Positions 48,706 through 58,959 of a DNA stretch of 64,000 nt are shown here, one piece after another. The stretch covers positions 15,560 to 79,559 of the forward strand of contig JBHJNU010000003.1 of the NCBI GenBank assembly GCA_050330515.1. The letters run 5' to 3'. Numbering within the stretch: the first letter of the stretch is position 1; every line of letters starts with the position of its first letter. Under the pieces are notes generated by a model that was not told the DNA's origin, ran no database searches, and saw only the letters and a list, made by a program, of their open reading frames with translations. Source of the DNA: Flavobacteriaceae bacterium. GTDB lineage: Bacteria > Bacteroidota > Bacteroidia > Flavobacteriales > Flavobacteriaceae. Both the position numbers and the translations under genes were made by a program.

Positions 48706-49386
48706 TCAATCAACGATTTCGATCTTGCCACCGAAAACCTTGTCCTTTTCCACATCTTTTGGGTTTCCATAAATATAGATGTAACCTCCTGCGCGAACTT
48801 TGGCATTCACTTTTTGAGAAGCGTTGACGTCTGCGCGGCCACCAGCATTCACCACCACTGTAGTTTCTTCTGTACTTAGGGCTTTATTGTAGATTTTTCC
48901 TCCGGTATTCACCATTACCTCTTGAAGCCTTGCATTGCCTGTTAGGGTAACCTCACTGCCTGATATAGACTTTGCATAAAGATCCGCAATAGCTACATTC
49001 AAATCGATGACACCGCCTTCCTGTGCTTTGATTTCAACCCGGTCGCCCTTTATGGTTTCATCTGATTTTATCTTGGCGTTTTCGTTGGCATCAATAAGTT
49101 CAAGGGGCTCGGTGAAGTACAGGGTGGCTTTCGCTTCGTTGCCATCCATAAAATTGTCGAACTCCATTTTAATTTTAAGTATACCATCAGTGTTCGAAAT
49201 ACTTACTTCATCCTTATCATCGCCACTGATAACTAACTTATTTTCAGTACTCTTGACCAAAGTCACCACAATACGATCGTAGGCTTTTACCATGGTGAAC
49301 TTATCGAGTTTCTTGGTATTCTCTTTTTGTGCAAATACAGTAGACATAAGTGCGAGGAGTAGCAAAGGTAAGATTGTGTTTTTCAT
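48706..49386 (-). CDS. DUF2807/head-GIN-type beta-helix protein, exported
   Basis: Signal peptide ending VFA-Q, repeated short beta strands (AQEGGVIDL, SISGSEVTL, NTGGKI, NAGGRA, RAGGYIYIYGNPK). Start 49386 or 49404. Confidence 0.8.
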   Translation of the reverse strand: MKNTILPLLLLALMSTVFAQKENTKKLDKFTMVKAYDRIVVTLVKSTENKLVISGDDKDEVSISNTDGILKIKMEFDNFMDGNEAKATLYFTEPLELIDANENAKIKSDETIKGDRVEIKAQEGGVIDLNVAIADLYAKSISGSEVTLTGNARLQEVMVNTGGKIYNKALSTEETTVVVNAGGRADVNASQKVNAKVRAGGYIYIYGNPKDVEKDKVFGGKIEIVD

Positions 49387-49591
49387 TGTTTTCATTTTAC
49401 GCAATTGTTGAATGATCCAGATGTACCATGAAGTGTGCCAAATTTAGTATAATCGGCCAAAATTTACACGAAATCTTTCCATTGATTTCGAATAGATTTG
49501 AATGCGATGCTTTTTAGGTTGTAAAGAATGATTGTTTAAAAGGAAATCATTGGAAAGGTTTATTTTTATATTTTTAATGAAAATACAATTG

Positions 49592-50656
49592 ATGAATTTC
49601 AAATCTAAAAAAGCAGTTTTTACCTTTTTTGTTTTAGGAGGATTACTTCAGCTCACCCATTCCTGCAAATCAACTACTACAACCGTACAGAAAGAGGCAG
49701 GACCCGAAAAATCAGTAGAGAAAACCGGTCGAATTGAACAAGGTAAGGCCATGGCAACCCAGACCGGCTACACCGAAACGGTGCCTGGCGCAGGGTTATC
49801 GTTTGAAATGGTGGCCATACCAGAAGGTAAGTTCATGATGGGCAGCCCCGATTCGGAAATTGGCCGAAAGGCCGATGAAGGCCCGCAAAGGGAGGTAGGG
49901 TTAGACGCTTTTTACATGGCAAAATACGAACTCACATGGGAGCTTTTTGAACTCTTTTTTAAACAGAACAAAGAGCTGTTCGTAACATTGGAAGATGATA
50001 AGGTCATAAAAATAGACGCGATAACAAGACCAAGTCCGCCTTATGAAGACCCTTCTTATGGCATGGGTAAAGATGGGTATCCTGCCGTTAGCATGTCGGC
50101 CTATTCTGCTTTGGTCTTTTGTAAATGGCTGAGTACGGTAACCGGCAAATTCTATAGACTTCCAACCGAAGCCGAATGGGAATACGCCGCACGCGCTGGA
50201 AGCAACACAGCCTACAGCTTTGGCGATACTACTGAAAGTATTGATGATTATGCGGTGTACTACAAAAATTCGAACAATGTGTATGCGAAGGTAGGAAGCA
50301 AAAAGCCCAATGCTTGGGGACTTTACGATATGCATGGAAATGTTGGCGAATGGACATTGGATGAATACAAGGAAGATGCTTATACAACCTTAGAATCTAA
50401 AAGCCCATGGATGATACCGCAGGTAATTCATCCACGTGTTTACAGAGGTGGATCTTGGGACGATGACGCTGGTAAACTGCGCGCTGCAGCTAGAACGGGG
50501 TCAAGTTTGAAACAACAAAAGCGCGACCCTCAGATTCCTAAAAGTTTTTGGTGGTTCACAGATTCCAACTATGTAGGCTTCCGGTTGGTAAGTCCGGTAG
50601 TGCAGCCAAGCCAAGAAGATCAAAAGAAGTTTTGGCAACAGGTTTTAGACGAATAA
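49592..50656 (+). CDS. SUMF1/FGE-sulfatase-fold lipoprotein lacking the FGE catalytic cysteines
   Basis: Lipobox THSC, RLPTEAEWEYAARAG, GLYDMHGNVGEW and RGGSWDD. Probable start 49592. Confidence 0.88.
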   Translation: MNFKSKKAVFTFFVLGGLLQLTHSCKSTTTTVQKEAGPEKSVEKTGRIEQGKAMATQTGYTETVPGAGLSFEMVAIPEGKFMMGSPDSEIGRKADEGPQREVGLDAFYMAKYELTWELFELFFKQNKELFVTLEDDKVIKIDAITRPSPPYEDPSYGMGKDGYPAVSMSAYSALVFCKWLSTVTGKFYRLPTEAEWEYAARAGSNTAYSFGDTTESIDDYAVYYKNSNNVYAKVGSKKPNAWGLYDMHGNVGEWTLDEYKEDAYTTLESKSPWMIPQVIHPRVYRGGSWDDDAGKLRAAARTGSSLKQQKRDPQIPKSFWWFTDSNYVGFRLVSPVVQPSQEDQKKFWQQVLDE

Positions 50657-50689
50657 TAACGGCGTAACAGCACATTTTTAAATCAAGGC

Positions 50690-51217
50690 ATGAAGAAAAT
50701 AATGGTTTTATTTTTAGCCTTTGTCGCTTTTGGCTCGGCACAGGAAACGTATAGGTTGGCGGATAAAAGCTCCCTGACCATCAGCGGTTCGTCTACGGTT
50801 CATGATTGGACCGTATCGGCCAATGCAATGAACGGAACCCTTAGCGCGGCGAAAAACACCCCGAAAGAGATCACTTTTGAAGTTGCGGTAGCAGATATTC
50901 AAAGCGAGCGTGGCCCAACAATGGATAATAAGATGCATTCCGCACTTAAAAGAGCGGAGCATCCGAAAATAACTTTTACCCTGAACGAGGTAAAAGGCAC
51001 ATCTATTTTGGTCGGAACACTCAGAATTGCGGGAGTCGAAAAGCAGGTTGACCTAGAAACTGAGATTACTTCCTTGGCGAATGGATTGGCACTAAAGGGG
51101 GAAACCAAGATTATTCTGCAAGATTATGGTATCGAGCCACCAACGGCTATGTTCGGTCAGATTATAGTGGGCGACGAGGTAAGCGTAAAGTTTGACCTGG
51201 TTTTTGCCTCCCTGTAA
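50690..51217 (+). CDS. YceI family lipid/isoprenoid-binding protein, exported
   Basis: Signal peptide, ISGSSTVHDW, HPKITF, GTLRIAGV and DYGIEPP. Confidence 0.88.
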   Translation: MKKIMVLFLAFVAFGSAQETYRLADKSSLTISGSSTVHDWTVSANAMNGTLSAAKNTPKEITFEVAVADIQSERGPTMDNKMHSALKRAEHPKITFTLNEVKGTSILVGTLRIAGVEKQVDLETEITSLANGLALKGETKIILQDYGIEPPTAMFGQIIVGDEVSVKFDLVFASL

Positions 51218-51328
51218 CTATTGGTTTGGTGTAGAACTCCTTTTTGCTGCTTGACATGTTGCAGGGCCGTTTTGAGTTTTATAAACTTAAAATTAGTATC
51301 TTAGAAAATTAGATCGGGTGTAATCGCT

Positions 51329-53668
51329 ATGAAGAACAAGATCTTGCTTTTAGGTATTCTTGGGGTATTGACCATGCTGATATGGGCCTTGACCTCAGGC
51401 AGTTTTACGAGTAGGAGTGATGAGTATGCAAGTGTAAAGACACCCGATATCATCGACTACAATTTCCATATCAAACCGCTACTTTCTGATAATTGTTATA
51501 AATGCCATGGGCCGGATGCCAATAAACGTAAAGCCGGTTTGCGTTTGGATATGGAATCAGATGCTTTTTTAGAATTGCCCGAGAACCCCGGTAGCTATGC
51601 ATTGGTTCCTGGGAAACCTAACCAGAGTGAGTTATATAAACGGTTGATCACCGAGGAAGCCTCGCAGGTAATGCCGCCACCTGATTCGCAGTTGAGTTTA
51701 AGCCCATATGAAAAGGAACTTATCAAAAAATGGATCCAGCAGGGCGCCAAATTCGACAAGCATTGGGCGTTCAAATCCCCTGAAAAAAAAGAACCCCCCA
51801 AGACACAACAAGTAGATTGGGCGCAGAATGAAATAGATGCTTTTATACTGGGAAAGTTAGAGGAAAACGGTTTACAACCTTCCCCAAAAGCTTTAAAAGA
51901 AGTACTTATCCGTCGCATGGCACTTGATCTAACAGCGCTACCCCCATCTTCGGAAATCATTCAAAAATTCGCATCCTTAGAAACTATAGACTATGCAACG
52001 GTCATCGACGAACTTATGGCAACCAAGGCCTATGGGGAGCGAATGACCCAAGCGTGGCTCGATGTAGCCCGTTACGCCGATTCGCATGGCTACCAAGATG
52101 ATAGCTACCGTACCATGTGGCCTTGGCGCGATTGGGTAATTCATGCGTTCAATGAGAATCTGCCCTATGATGAATTCATAACCTGGCAACTCGCGGGCGA
52201 TTTGCTGCCCAATGCCACACCAGAGCAGGTTTTGGCTACGGGTTTCAATCGCAACCACCCCATTACCCAAGAAGGTGGGGTTATACATGAAGAGTATCTT
52301 TCCTATTACGTCACCGATAGAACCAATACCTTGGGCAAGGGCATCCTGGGTCTGACCCTTGAATGTGCGAAATGTCATGATCACAAATACGATGCAATTT
52401 CTCAAGAAGACTATTACCAAGTCTATGCTTTCTTCAACAATGTGGATGAAAAGGGATTGCAAATGGATGCCGTACAGGCCGCCAACCAAAAGTTTTTTGC
52501 AGATCCGCCGTACATGACGGTTACCGATAAGGAAACAGAGGGTCTCCTTTCCTTTATAAACAAACCCGAGGGTGAAACCGTTAAGATCATGGTCATGAAC
52601 GATTCACTGCCAAGGCAGACCTATATTTTGAATAGGGGCGATTACGATAACTTGGGCGATAGCGTTGGTGTAGGTGTGCCCGAAGCCATTTTGTCTTTTT
52701 CTTCGGATTTTCCTAAAAACCGTTTAGGACTTGCAAAATGGGTCACAAGCGAAAAAAACCCTTTGACCGCCAGGGTTTTCGTGAACCGAATCTGGGCGAT
52801 GCTCTTCGGAAATGGATTGGTGAAAACGGATGAGGATTTCGGTGTACAGGGAAGCTTACCGACCCATCCGGAGTTATTGGATTGGCTGGCCGTAGATTTT
52901 GTTGAAAACGGATGGGATATTAGATACCTACTCAAAAAAATTATGCTGTCGGCTACCTATCAACAAAGCTCTGAGCTTACCCCTGAACTTATTAAGGCAG
53001 ATCCCGAGAACAGGTTGTTGGCCCGGGCGCAACGTTTTCGAATGAGCGGTGAAATGATCCGTGACTATATTTTGGCGACAAGTGGTTTGCTCAATCGCGA
53101 AATAGGAGGCCCGAGCGTAAGACCCTACCAACCGGCAGGCCTTTGGGAAGAAACAAACGCGGGCGGAAACCGGGGTACACTGACAACCTACGTGCCTGAT
53201 ACTGGCGATAAGTTGTATCGCCGTTCGTTGTATACTTTTTGGAAACGCACCTTGCCACCCGCGAGCATGTCCATTTTCGATGCACCTACCCGTGATCTCT
53301 GTGAGGTACGGCGGCAAAAGACCAATACGCCCTTACAGGCCTTGGCCTTACAAAATGATATTCAGGTTCTGGAAGCCGCCCGTGTGCTGGCGCAAAATAT
53401 CGTGGCGGGTTCAGACAATGATAGCACGGCCGTAAAAGAAGTTTTCGAAAAAATTTTGGTGCGTACCCCCAAGGCGGAAGAATTATTGGTGCTTGAAAGT
53501 TACTATCATGACGCGATCGAAAAATTCAACAACGGAACGGAGGACGCCGAAAAATTGGTTGCCCTGGGCGAATATCAAAAGTTGGAAACCGATCCCGTAA
53601 AGACTGCGGCCTTGATGTTGACCGCCCAGATCATCTATAATCTTGACGAAACGATAACTAAAGAATAG
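51329..53668 (+). CDS. Planctomycete cytochrome c + DUF1549 + DUF1553 domain protein
   Basis: N-terminal TM helix; CYKCH and CAKCH heme-c motifs; WLDVARYADSHG, NPLTARVFVNRIW, PTHPELLDWLA, YRRSLYTFWKRT and TPLQALAL. Confidence 0.92.
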   Translation: MKNKILLLGILGVLTMLIWALTSGSFTSRSDEYASVKTPDIIDYNFHIKPLLSDNCYKCHGPDANKRKAGLRLDMESDAFLELPENPGSYALVPGKPNQSELYKRLITEEASQVMPPPDSQLSLSPYEKELIKKWIQQGAKFDKHWAFKSPEKKEPPKTQQVDWAQNEIDAFILGKLEENGLQPSPKALKEVLIRRMALDLTALPPSSEIIQKFASLETIDYATVIDELMATKAYGERMTQAWLDVARYADSHGYQDDSYRTMWPWRDWVIHAFNENLPYDEFITWQLAGDLLPNATPEQVLATGFNRNHPITQEGGVIHEEYLSYYVTDRTNTLGKGILGLTLECAKCHDHKYDAISQEDYYQVYAFFNNVDEKGLQMDAVQAANQKFFADPPYMTVTDKETEGLLSFINKPEGETVKIMVMNDSLPRQTYILNRGDYDNLGDSVGVGVPEAILSFSSDFPKNRLGLAKWVTSEKNPLTARVFVNRIWAMLFGNGLVKTDEDFGVQGSLPTHPELLDWLAVDFVENGWDIRYLLKKIMLSATYQQSSELTPELIKADPENRLLARAQRFRMSGEMIRDYILATSGLLNREIGGPSVRPYQPAGLWEETNAGGNRGTLTTYVPDTGDKLYRRSLYTFWKRTLPPASMSIFDAPTRDLCEVRRQKTNTPLQALALQNDIQVLEAARVLAQNIVAGSDNDSTAVKEVFEKILVRTPKAEELLVLESYYHDAIEKFNNGTEDAEKLVALGEYQKLETDPVKTAALMLTAQIIYNLDETITKE

Positions 53669-53673
53669 GAAGC

Positions 53674-55137
53674 ATGGAGGAAGAAAGAAAGGACCCCAAT
53701 GAAAACCCCCTAAAGGTCAATCGACGCCATTTTTTCTCGCAGTTGAGCGTAGGTATCGGGTCTTTGGCATTAGGATCCCTATTGATACCCGATTTATTCA
53801 AAGGTGGTGCGGAAGCATTGGCAAGTCACCAACTGGGTATTCCGCATTTTGCCCCAAAAGCGAAGCGGGTCATCTATTTGTTCCAGGCAGGGGCACCTTC
53901 GCAATTCGAGACCTTTGAGCATAAACCCACGCTAAGGAAACGTAAGGGGGAAGACCTACCGGATTCCGTTCGTAACGGACAAAGACTAACGGGCATGACC
54001 GCCGGGCAAGAGAAATTCCCGCTAATGCCACCGAAGGTCAATTTTCAGCAACATGGCGAAGCACGTACATGGATCAGTGATTTCTTTCCCCATATGGCCA
54101 AGATTGTCGATGATATTTGTGTGATTCGCAGTTTGCATACCGAGGCGATCAATCATGATCCCGCGATTACATTTTTCCAAACGGGAAGCCAACAATCGGG
54201 TCGCCCCAGTATGGGCTCTTGGATGAGTTATGGACTGGGAAGCGAGAATAAAAACCTACCCTCCTTCGTGGTCTTGACCTCGCGAGGAAAGGGCAATAGC
54301 CAAGGACTATATTCAAAATTATGGTCTAGCGGTTTTTTAGATTCCAAGCACCAAGGGGTACTATTGAGGGCCGGCAAGAATCCCGTACTGTATTTGAACG
54401 ACCCGGAAGGCATTTCACGTTCCGACAAAAGACATTTGTTGGATCAGGTATCCTCTCTCAATAAATTACATCATGTTGAAACGGGGGATGACGAAATCGA
54501 ATCGCGCATCGCCCAATATGAAATGGCGTACCGTATGCAGATGTCGGTGCCCGATGTAATGGATATTTCGAAAGAACCACAATCGATCATCGATCTCTAT
54601 GGCGAAGATTGCCAAGTGCCCGGTACGTATGCCGCCAATGCACTACAAGCAAGACGGCTTGCCGAAAATGGGGTTCGCTTTATACAGTTGTACCATCAAG
54701 GTTGGGACCAACATGGTAATTTGCATAATGAAATGGAAGGGCAGGCCAAAGATGTTGACAAGGCCTCCGCGGCCCTGGTATTGGACCTGAAGCAGCGCGG
54801 CATGTTAGAAGATACACTTGTGGTTTGGGGAGGCGAATTCGGTCGCTCGAACTATGCACAAGGAAAATTCGATGAAAATAATTATGGCCGTGACCATCAT
54901 CCGAGAGCCTTTAGCATTTGGATGGCAGGTGGTGGGATAAAACCCGGAATGAACTATGGCCAAACAGATGAATTTGGCTATAATATTGTCGAAAATCCTG
55001 TTCATATTAATGATTTCCATGCTACAATGATGCATGTAATGGGGCTGAACCACGAACAAATGATCTACAAATACCAAGGCAGGCGTTTTCGATTGACCGA
55101 TGTTGCTGGCAATGTGGTTAACGATATCTTGGTATAG
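53674..55137 (+). CDS. DUF1501 family protein with a Tat signal
   Basis: NRRHFF twin-arginine motif, AKRVIYLFQAGAPSQ, WDQHG, WGGEFGR and GRDHHP. Confidence 0.92.
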   Translation: MEEERKDPNENPLKVNRRHFFSQLSVGIGSLALGSLLIPDLFKGGAEALASHQLGIPHFAPKAKRVIYLFQAGAPSQFETFEHKPTLRKRKGEDLPDSVRNGQRLTGMTAGQEKFPLMPPKVNFQQHGEARTWISDFFPHMAKIVDDICVIRSLHTEAINHDPAITFFQTGSQQSGRPSMGSWMSYGLGSENKNLPSFVVLTSRGKGNSQGLYSKLWSSGFLDSKHQGVLLRAGKNPVLYLNDPEGISRSDKRHLLDQVSSLNKLHHVETGDDEIESRIAQYEMAYRMQMSVPDVMDISKEPQSIIDLYGEDCQVPGTYAANALQARRLAENGVRFIQLYHQGWDQHGNLHNEMEGQAKDVDKASAALVLDLKQRGMLEDTLVVWGGEFGRSNYAQGKFDENNYGRDHHPRAFSIWMAGGGIKPGMNYGQTDEFGYNIVENPVHINDFHATMMHVMGLNHEQMIYKYQGRRFRLTDVAGNVVNDILV

Positions 55138-55140
55138 TTT

Positions 55141-56571
55141 ATGGCTTCAAACCCTAAAAATGGCTGGGCCGATTATGCGATTTTTGGGCTGTCGGTATTC
55201 TTGATTTTCTGTTTGATTTTTGAATCGCACATCGCCTTGCCTACACTGGTGGCATGGTTGGGGCGATGGCATCCTATGGTGCTCCACTTTCCGATCGTAC
55301 TCTTGTTGATCGCCATTTTTTTAGGTTTTACCGGGAAACAAATCCCAAGGGTATTGCTCACAACAGCCGTCCTGTCCGCCTTGATAACCGCCATATCGGG
55401 ATTCTTTTTGGCTACGGGATCGGGTACAAGGGGCAATCTGCTCTTCTGGCACCAATGGCTAGGTGCCGCCACCGCTTTGATCGCCGCACTATGGTATTAC
55501 GCGGAGGGTAGGGGTATGGCAAGGTCTAGCTACGCCAAAAGCCTACCAATGGGGTTGGCGGTTTTAATAGGATTCACGGGCCATTATGGTGGAATGGTGA
55601 CCCACGGTGAAGAGTACTTGGCATTTCCAACAAATAGTACAGACCATGTAATGCCAGAAAACCCATTGATCTATACAGATGTCGTAGCTCAAATTTTAGA
55701 TAATCATTGCGTAAAATGCCATAACCAGAATAAATTGAAAGGTGAATTGTTGATGACCAATATGGCAGGGCTCTTAAAAGGCGGTGAAAGCGGCAAGACC
55801 CTTATTCCTGGAAATTATGAGGAAAGTGAGTTGATCGTTCGCATGCACCTTCCCTTAGAAGATGAAAAGCACATGCCGCCCGAAGGCGAAACACCCTTAT
55901 CGCAGAACCAGATCAAGATTCTAGAGCGTTGGATCGCCCTAGGAGCTTCTGATACCTTGAAGTTGAGCCACTTGGATAATAATGAGCCGTTGGTCGCACA
56001 TTTAAATAGTTTGATAAAACCAGATCCGAGCGAAAAATGGAAGCTCTTGCCCGCCGTTGCCGATAGCACGATTAGCCGATTGAGTTCTGATTACCTAACC
56101 ATTCGCCGATTGGCCGGCGGGGCAAATGCGTTAAGCATCAATATGTATATGCCACCGGCATATGACCCAAGTTTGATCACGGGTTTAAAACCGCTCGCCA
56201 AAAATATAATCGAAATGGATGTTAGTGGTCTACCCTTAGGTCAAGAAGAGATGAACCTGATAGCTTCCTGTCAAAACTTAGAATGGCTAGAAGTCGATAG
56301 AACGCCCATTACCGATGTGGAAGCGGACACCCTAAAGAGTTTGTCCAACTTGAGAATACTGAAGATTTATGATACAAAAATTGGAAACAAAAGTATTCCC
56401 GTCTTAAAGAAGATACAATCCCTTCGGCAGGTATATCTTTGGAACACGTCAATTTCTCCAGATGTTTTGAATACCCTTAAAAAAGAAAATCCAACTCTTT
56501 TTGTAGATACAGGGATCGATCAAGAACTGCAGACTTTGTTTACTGCAAAAGATTCCATTCCGAAAATCTAG
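55141..56571 (+). CDS. DUF2231-like membrane domain + cytochrome c + LRR protein
   Basis: HPMVLHFPIVLL and about 4-5 TM helices, CVKCH heme motif with HMPP distal Met, C-terminal LRRs (LEWLEV, LRILKI, LRQVYLWNT). Confidence 0.85.
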   Translation: MASNPKNGWADYAIFGLSVFLIFCLIFESHIALPTLVAWLGRWHPMVLHFPIVLLLIAIFLGFTGKQIPRVLLTTAVLSALITAISGFFLATGSGTRGNLLFWHQWLGAATALIAALWYYAEGRGMARSSYAKSLPMGLAVLIGFTGHYGGMVTHGEEYLAFPTNSTDHVMPENPLIYTDVVAQILDNHCVKCHNQNKLKGELLMTNMAGLLKGGESGKTLIPGNYEESELIVRMHLPLEDEKHMPPEGETPLSQNQIKILERWIALGASDTLKLSHLDNNEPLVAHLNSLIKPDPSEKWKLLPAVADSTISRLSSDYLTIRRLAGGANALSINMYMPPAYDPSLITGLKPLAKNIIEMDVSGLPLGQEEMNLIASCQNLEWLEVDRTPITDVEADTLKSLSNLRILKIYDTKIGNKSIPVLKKIQSLRQVYLWNTSISPDVLNTLKKENPTLFVDTGIDQELQTLFTAKDSIPKI

Positions 56572-56611
56572 CCTATATTTAAGCCTAATAGTAAATGAAA
56601 TACTTTGTAAT

Positions 56612-57388
56612 ATGAAGTTCGATCTCAATGGAAAAACGGCGATAGTCACAGGTGGTGGCAGTGGTATTGGTAAGGCCATTGCAAAGGCCTTGGCTGAAAA
56701 TGGAGCCAAAGTTCATATTTTTGATCTGAAACAAGAGGCTGCCGATGACGTTGCCAAAGAAATCAACGGCGAGGGTGGTTCTGCGATTGCCCATTCGTGC
56801 AATGTGGCCGTACAAAAGGAAGTTGAGGACAAAGTGTCGCAAATAAGCGCATCAGGATCAATAGACATATTGATCAACAATGCCGGAATCGCCCACATCG
56901 GAAATGTTGAGCAAACTACCGAAGACGATTTAGACCGAATTTATAAAGTTAACGTGAAAGGGGTCTACAATTGTGTTCGTGCGGTACTTACGAATATGAA
57001 GGAAAAGGGAGGCGTTATTTTGAATATGTCGTCTGTAGCAGCATCCGTCGGTATTCAAAACAGATTTGCCTATTCGATGTCAAAAGGTGCGGTCTTGACC
57101 ATGACCTACTCTTTGGCAAAAGATTATTTAGCATATAACATTAGATGTAACAGTATTTCGCCGGGCCGGGTGCACACCCCATTTGTAGATGGTTACCTTA
57201 AGGCCAATTTTCCTGGGGAAGAGGAAAAAATGTTCGATAAACTATCGAAAACACAGCCCATAGGACGAATGGGAAAACCAGAGGAAATAGCGAACCTGGC
57301 ATTGTACCTATGTTCAGATGAAGCCTCTTTTATTACCGGAACTGATTTTCCGATAGATGGTGGATTTATAAAACTAAACGGTAATTAG
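56612..57388 (+). CDS. SDR family oxidoreductase (2-keto-3-deoxy sugar-acid dehydrogenase-like)
   Basis: TGGGSGIG, NNAG, YSMSK and PGRVHTP. Confidence 0.9.
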   Translation: MKFDLNGKTAIVTGGGSGIGKAIAKALAENGAKVHIFDLKQEAADDVAKEINGEGGSAIAHSCNVAVQKEVEDKVSQISASGSIDILINNAGIAHIGNVEQTTEDDLDRIYKVNVKGVYNCVRAVLTNMKEKGGVILNMSSVAASVGIQNRFAYSMSKGAVLTMTYSLAKDYLAYNIRCNSISPGRVHTPFVDGYLKANFPGEEEKMFDKLSKTQPIGRMGKPEEIANLALYLCSDEASFITGTDFPIDGGFIKLNGN

Positions 57389-57414
57389 TATACTTAAAGA
57401 AGAAAGACCTAACT

Positions 57415-58272
57415 ATGAAACTAATACGATTTGGAGCCGTAGGAAACGAAAGACCAGGGGTTCAATTAGAAGATGGAACACGACTTGATGTCTCGGCATT
57501 TGGCCAAGATTATAATGAAGATTTCTTTGGAGGTGATGGCTTGCCAAGACTTTGGGCCTGGTTGGCGTCGAATGCCGGTAGCTGCCCTAAAGTCGACGCG
57601 GGTATTCGGCTAGGACCACCTTTGTGCCGCCCATCAAAAATAATCTGTATAGGGCTGAATTATGCCAAGCATGCCCAAGAATCGGGAATGGACATCCCCA
57701 AAGAACCCGTTCTGTTCTTTAAGGCAACATCGGCGATAGTGGGGCCGAATGACGATGTGATCATCCCGAAAGGAAGTAAAAAAACAGATTGGGAGGTCGA
57801 ATTGGCAATTGTTATCGGCAAGAAGGCATCGTATGTATCTGAAGAAGATGCGATGTCGCATATTGCCGGTTATGTGCTTCACAACGATTATAGCGAACGT
57901 GAGTTTCAGATCGAGCGCAGTGGGCAATGGGTAAAGGGCAAGAGCTGTGATACATTTGCGCCTTTAGGCCCTTTTATAGCGACTACCGACGAAATTACCG
58001 ACCCGCATAACTTGAATCTTTGGTTAAAACTGAATGGTGAAAAACTTCAAGATAGCAATACGTCCGATTTTGTATTCGATATTCCAACATCGATAAGCTA
58101 TATCAGTCAGTTCATGACGCTGCTACCGGGTGATGTGATCTCTACCGGTACCCCTTTCGGGGTGGGCTTAGGCTTCAATCCACCAAGGTATTTAAAGGCT
58201 GGTGATGTTGTTGAACTGGGTATCGACGGTTTGGGCAGTTCTAAACAGGTGGCAAGAAAATATGCCGAATAG
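57415..58272 (+). CDS. Fumarylacetoacetate hydrolase family protein
   Basis: KIICIGLNYAKH, DWEVELA, HNDYSER, KGKSCDTF and GDVISTGTP. Confidence 0.93.
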   Translation: MKLIRFGAVGNERPGVQLEDGTRLDVSAFGQDYNEDFFGGDGLPRLWAWLASNAGSCPKVDAGIRLGPPLCRPSKIICIGLNYAKHAQESGMDIPKEPVLFFKATSAIVGPNDDVIIPKGSKKTDWEVELAIVIGKKASYVSEEDAMSHIAGYVLHNDYSEREFQIERSGQWVKGKSCDTFAPLGPFIATTDEITDPHNLNLWLKLNGEKLQDSNTSDFVFDIPTSISYISQFMTLLPGDVISTGTPFGVGLGFNPPRYLKAGDVVELGIDGLGSSKQVARKYAE

Positions 58273-58466
58273 TTAATTTGAATTTAAGGTTGTTAGCTAT
58301 TTCTTTAAGGAGGTTTTCTCAAGTTTACCAAGAGCATGGGGTGAAACGGCATCTTTATAAAATCGACCTTGTTATTTTCGCCGTTATGTACCACTACACT
58401 AATGCTAAGCTTTAATTTATTAAGGCCATTAGGTATTGAGCCAAATCATTAAAAGAAAGTTAGACT

Positions 58467-58931
58467 ATGGTGACATGGAAAGATGTAATCAGTTTTTGCG
58501 TAAATGGTAATCCAAAACCGGATCGAAGAGTGGAAAGAACCGAAGACGAATGGCGGCAAATGCTAACTCCTGAACAATATAGGGTAACCCGAAAAAAAGG
58601 AACCGAAGCACCACATACCGGCGCTTTGTGCGGTATTCATGAAGCGGGTAAGTACCATTGTGTATGTTGTGATGCCCCTTTGTTCGATTCTACGATCAAG
58701 TTCGAATCTGGAACAGGTTGGCCCAGTTTTACCCAGCCCATCAAGGAAAATGCCATTCAATACATAAAGGATAGTTCTTTCGGTATGGTACGGGTAGAAG
58801 TACTATGTAATACATGCGATGCCCATCAGGGCCATGTTTTTCCTGATGGTCCTGAACCAAGTGGCCTGCGCTATTGTATCAATTCGGCGTCGATGACCTT
58901 GCAAATACAACCGGCGATCAACGAAGAATAG
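58467..58931 (+). CDS. msrB: Peptide-methionine (R)-S-oxide reductase
   Basis: Two Zn-binding CxxC motifs, GTGWPSF, GHVFPDGP and RYCINSA. Confidence 0.96.
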   Translation: MVTWKDVISFCVNGNPKPDRRVERTEDEWRQMLTPEQYRVTRKKGTEAPHTGALCGIHEAGKYHCVCCDAPLFDSTIKFESGTGWPSFTQPIKENAIQYIKDSSFGMVRVEVLCNTCDAHQGHVFPDGPEPSGLRYCINSASMTLQIQPAINEE

Positions 58932-58959
58932 CAATCACATCGAGATCAACACCTAGCTA

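Noticed and set aside
49592-50656. True formylglycine-generating enzyme maturing DUF1501 as a sulfatase
   Set aside because: The catalytic Cys pair after RGGSW is absent (RGGSWDDDAGKL), and DUF1501 has no CxPxR motif.
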